Shown: piece by piece, positions 15,064 through 16,132 of the stretch | Position numbering within the stretch: position 1 is the stretch's first letter | Layout of the letters: each line of letters opens with the position of its first letter | Assembly (NCBI GenBank): GCA_027251445.1 | Contig: JAPNQO010000038.1 | Coordinates: 1-16,132 of the forward strand | Direction of reading: 5' to 3' | Length of the DNA stretch: 16,132 bases | Origin: Fidelibacterota bacterium | GTDB lineage: Bacteria; Fidelibacterota; Marinisomatia; Marinisomatales; TCS55 | Notes under the pieces: model-generated | The model's input: the letters and a program-made list of their open reading frames with translations, nothing else | What the model was told of the DNA's origin: nothing | Databases searched by the model: none | Position numbers and translations under genes: made by a program

Positions 15064-16132
15064 TTGCGAAATATATTTTTTATAATTTTATCTTCTTATC
15101 TATTGGGTCAAGAACTGTATGATCCTTATACAGTTCACCATATGAATATAGATTTTTATGATGCAAACTATGATTCTATATTAGAAGCAAGGTGGTATGC
15201 AGATGATAAGAGTTATCTTTTGGCTGATATAACATTTAATGGGGTCATTTATGATAGTGTTGGGGTGAGATATAAAGGAAACTCTTCTTTTGTAGAAGCA
15301 AATGAGAGTAATAACCCAAAAGTACCCTTTAATATAGATGTTGAATTTGTTCATGATGATCAAAATGTAATGGGTTATGAAAAACTAAAATTATCAAACT
15401 CCATTTTTGATCCAACATTCGTTCGAGAAACGATTGGTTATTTATCCTCTGGTTTTTATTTACCAACACCACAAGCAGGATATGTAAATGTATCTATTTA
15501 TGGTGAAGATTTAGGCTTATATGTAAATGCTGAGTCCATCAATAAACAATTTCTTCGTAAACATTTTGGTAATGATCAAGGAACTTTTTTTAAATGTGAA
15601 CCTCAATTCCAATATGGTGAAGATTATTTAGCGTGGCCTGATTTGGTGTGGCATGGAGCAGATTCTAATGCTTTTGACTATCAATATGGTTATGAATTAA
15701 AATCAGAACATGGCTGGTCAGATTTAATTGAGTTGATATCTACACTTAATTATGATACAGAAAATATTGAACAAATATTAAATGTTGATCGTGTATTATG
15801 GTATTTTGCCTCATCTGTTGTAATTCCCGACCTTGACAGTTATATATTTCCGTTTTTACCACATAATTATTATTTGTATCGAAGTGCTAGTGGTCAGTTC
15901 GAAGTTATTCCCTGGGATAAAGACCAATCCTTTGGAGGAAGTGTAATTAATCTATTTCTCTGGTTTGGTGGAAATGCTTATTGGGTATATCACCATGACC
16001 CTTTTTTTTATGAAAATGATTCAGGTAGGCCACTGTTCAGCAAACTAATGGATGTTCCACTATATAAATTAATATATACTGCGCACATGCGTACGATTAT
16101 TGATGAAATATATAATACAGAATATTATTATA
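15064..16132 (+). CDS. cotH: CotH-family atypical kinase, secreted; truncated by the window end
   Basis: Absent from the ORF track because it has no stop in the window. Frame +1 is open from TTG 15064 (MRNIFFIILSSYLLG/QELYDP, signal peptide). Motifs: VGVRYKGNSS, LKLSN..FDPTFVRE, LGLYVNAE, DLDSY...HNYYLY and IPWDKDQSFG. Confidence 0.9.
   Translation, partial: MRNIFFIILSSYLLGQELYDPYTVHHMNIDFYDANYDSILEARWYADDKSYLLADITFNGVIYDSVGVRYKGNSSFVEANESNNPKVPFNIDVEFVHDDQNVMGYEKLKLSNSIFDPTFVRETIGYLSSGFYLPTPQAGYVNVSIYGEDLGLYVNAESINKQFLRKHFGNDQGTFFKCEPQFQYGEDYLAWPDLVWHGADSNAFDYQYGYELKSEHGWSDLIELISTLNYDTENIEQILNVDRVLWYFASSVVIPDLDSYIFPFLPHNYYLYRSASGQFEVIPWDKDQSFGGSVINLFLWFGGNAYWVYHHDPFFYENDSGRPLFSKLMDVPLYKLIYTAHMRTIIDEIYNTEYYY

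Noticed and set aside
10273..15363. Minus-strand ORFs 10273-10455, 11500-11691, 13952-14218 and 15181-15363
   Set aside because: Shadows of the GH12, dehalogenase, di-heme fusion and CotH genes respectively.

Overview
AT-rich (roughly 30% GC by eye), gene-dense bacterial chromosomal segment. I see no rRNA, tRNA, CRISPR array, integrase or transposase. The gene content (YPNPFN-type C-terminal sorting domain, DUF4294, MORN-variant protein, many short secreted hypotheticals) suggests an FCB-group organism such as Marinimicrobia; this is inference only. In order, the window holds a secreted hypothetical protein, a voltage-gated K+ channel with a Zn ribbon, an MFS transporter, a hypothetical protein, a DUF4294 protein (-), a PlsC-like acyltransferase (-), a beta-propeller lipoprotein, three hypothetical proteins plus a MORN/YwqK-like protein, gabT (-), an ICMT/Ste14-family methyltransferase, a GH12 glucanase with sorting domain, a haloalkane dehalogenase and a stand-alone Lon N-domain protein. 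It ends with the most interesting block. This block has an unannotated 42-aa DRR-repeat microprotein (12529-12657), a secreted fusion of a MauG-type di-heme enzyme (Tyr at the distal-ligand position) with a TIGR03805-like parallel beta-helix (12732-15038), and a CotH-family kinase that is missing from the ORF track and runs off the window end (15064->16132).
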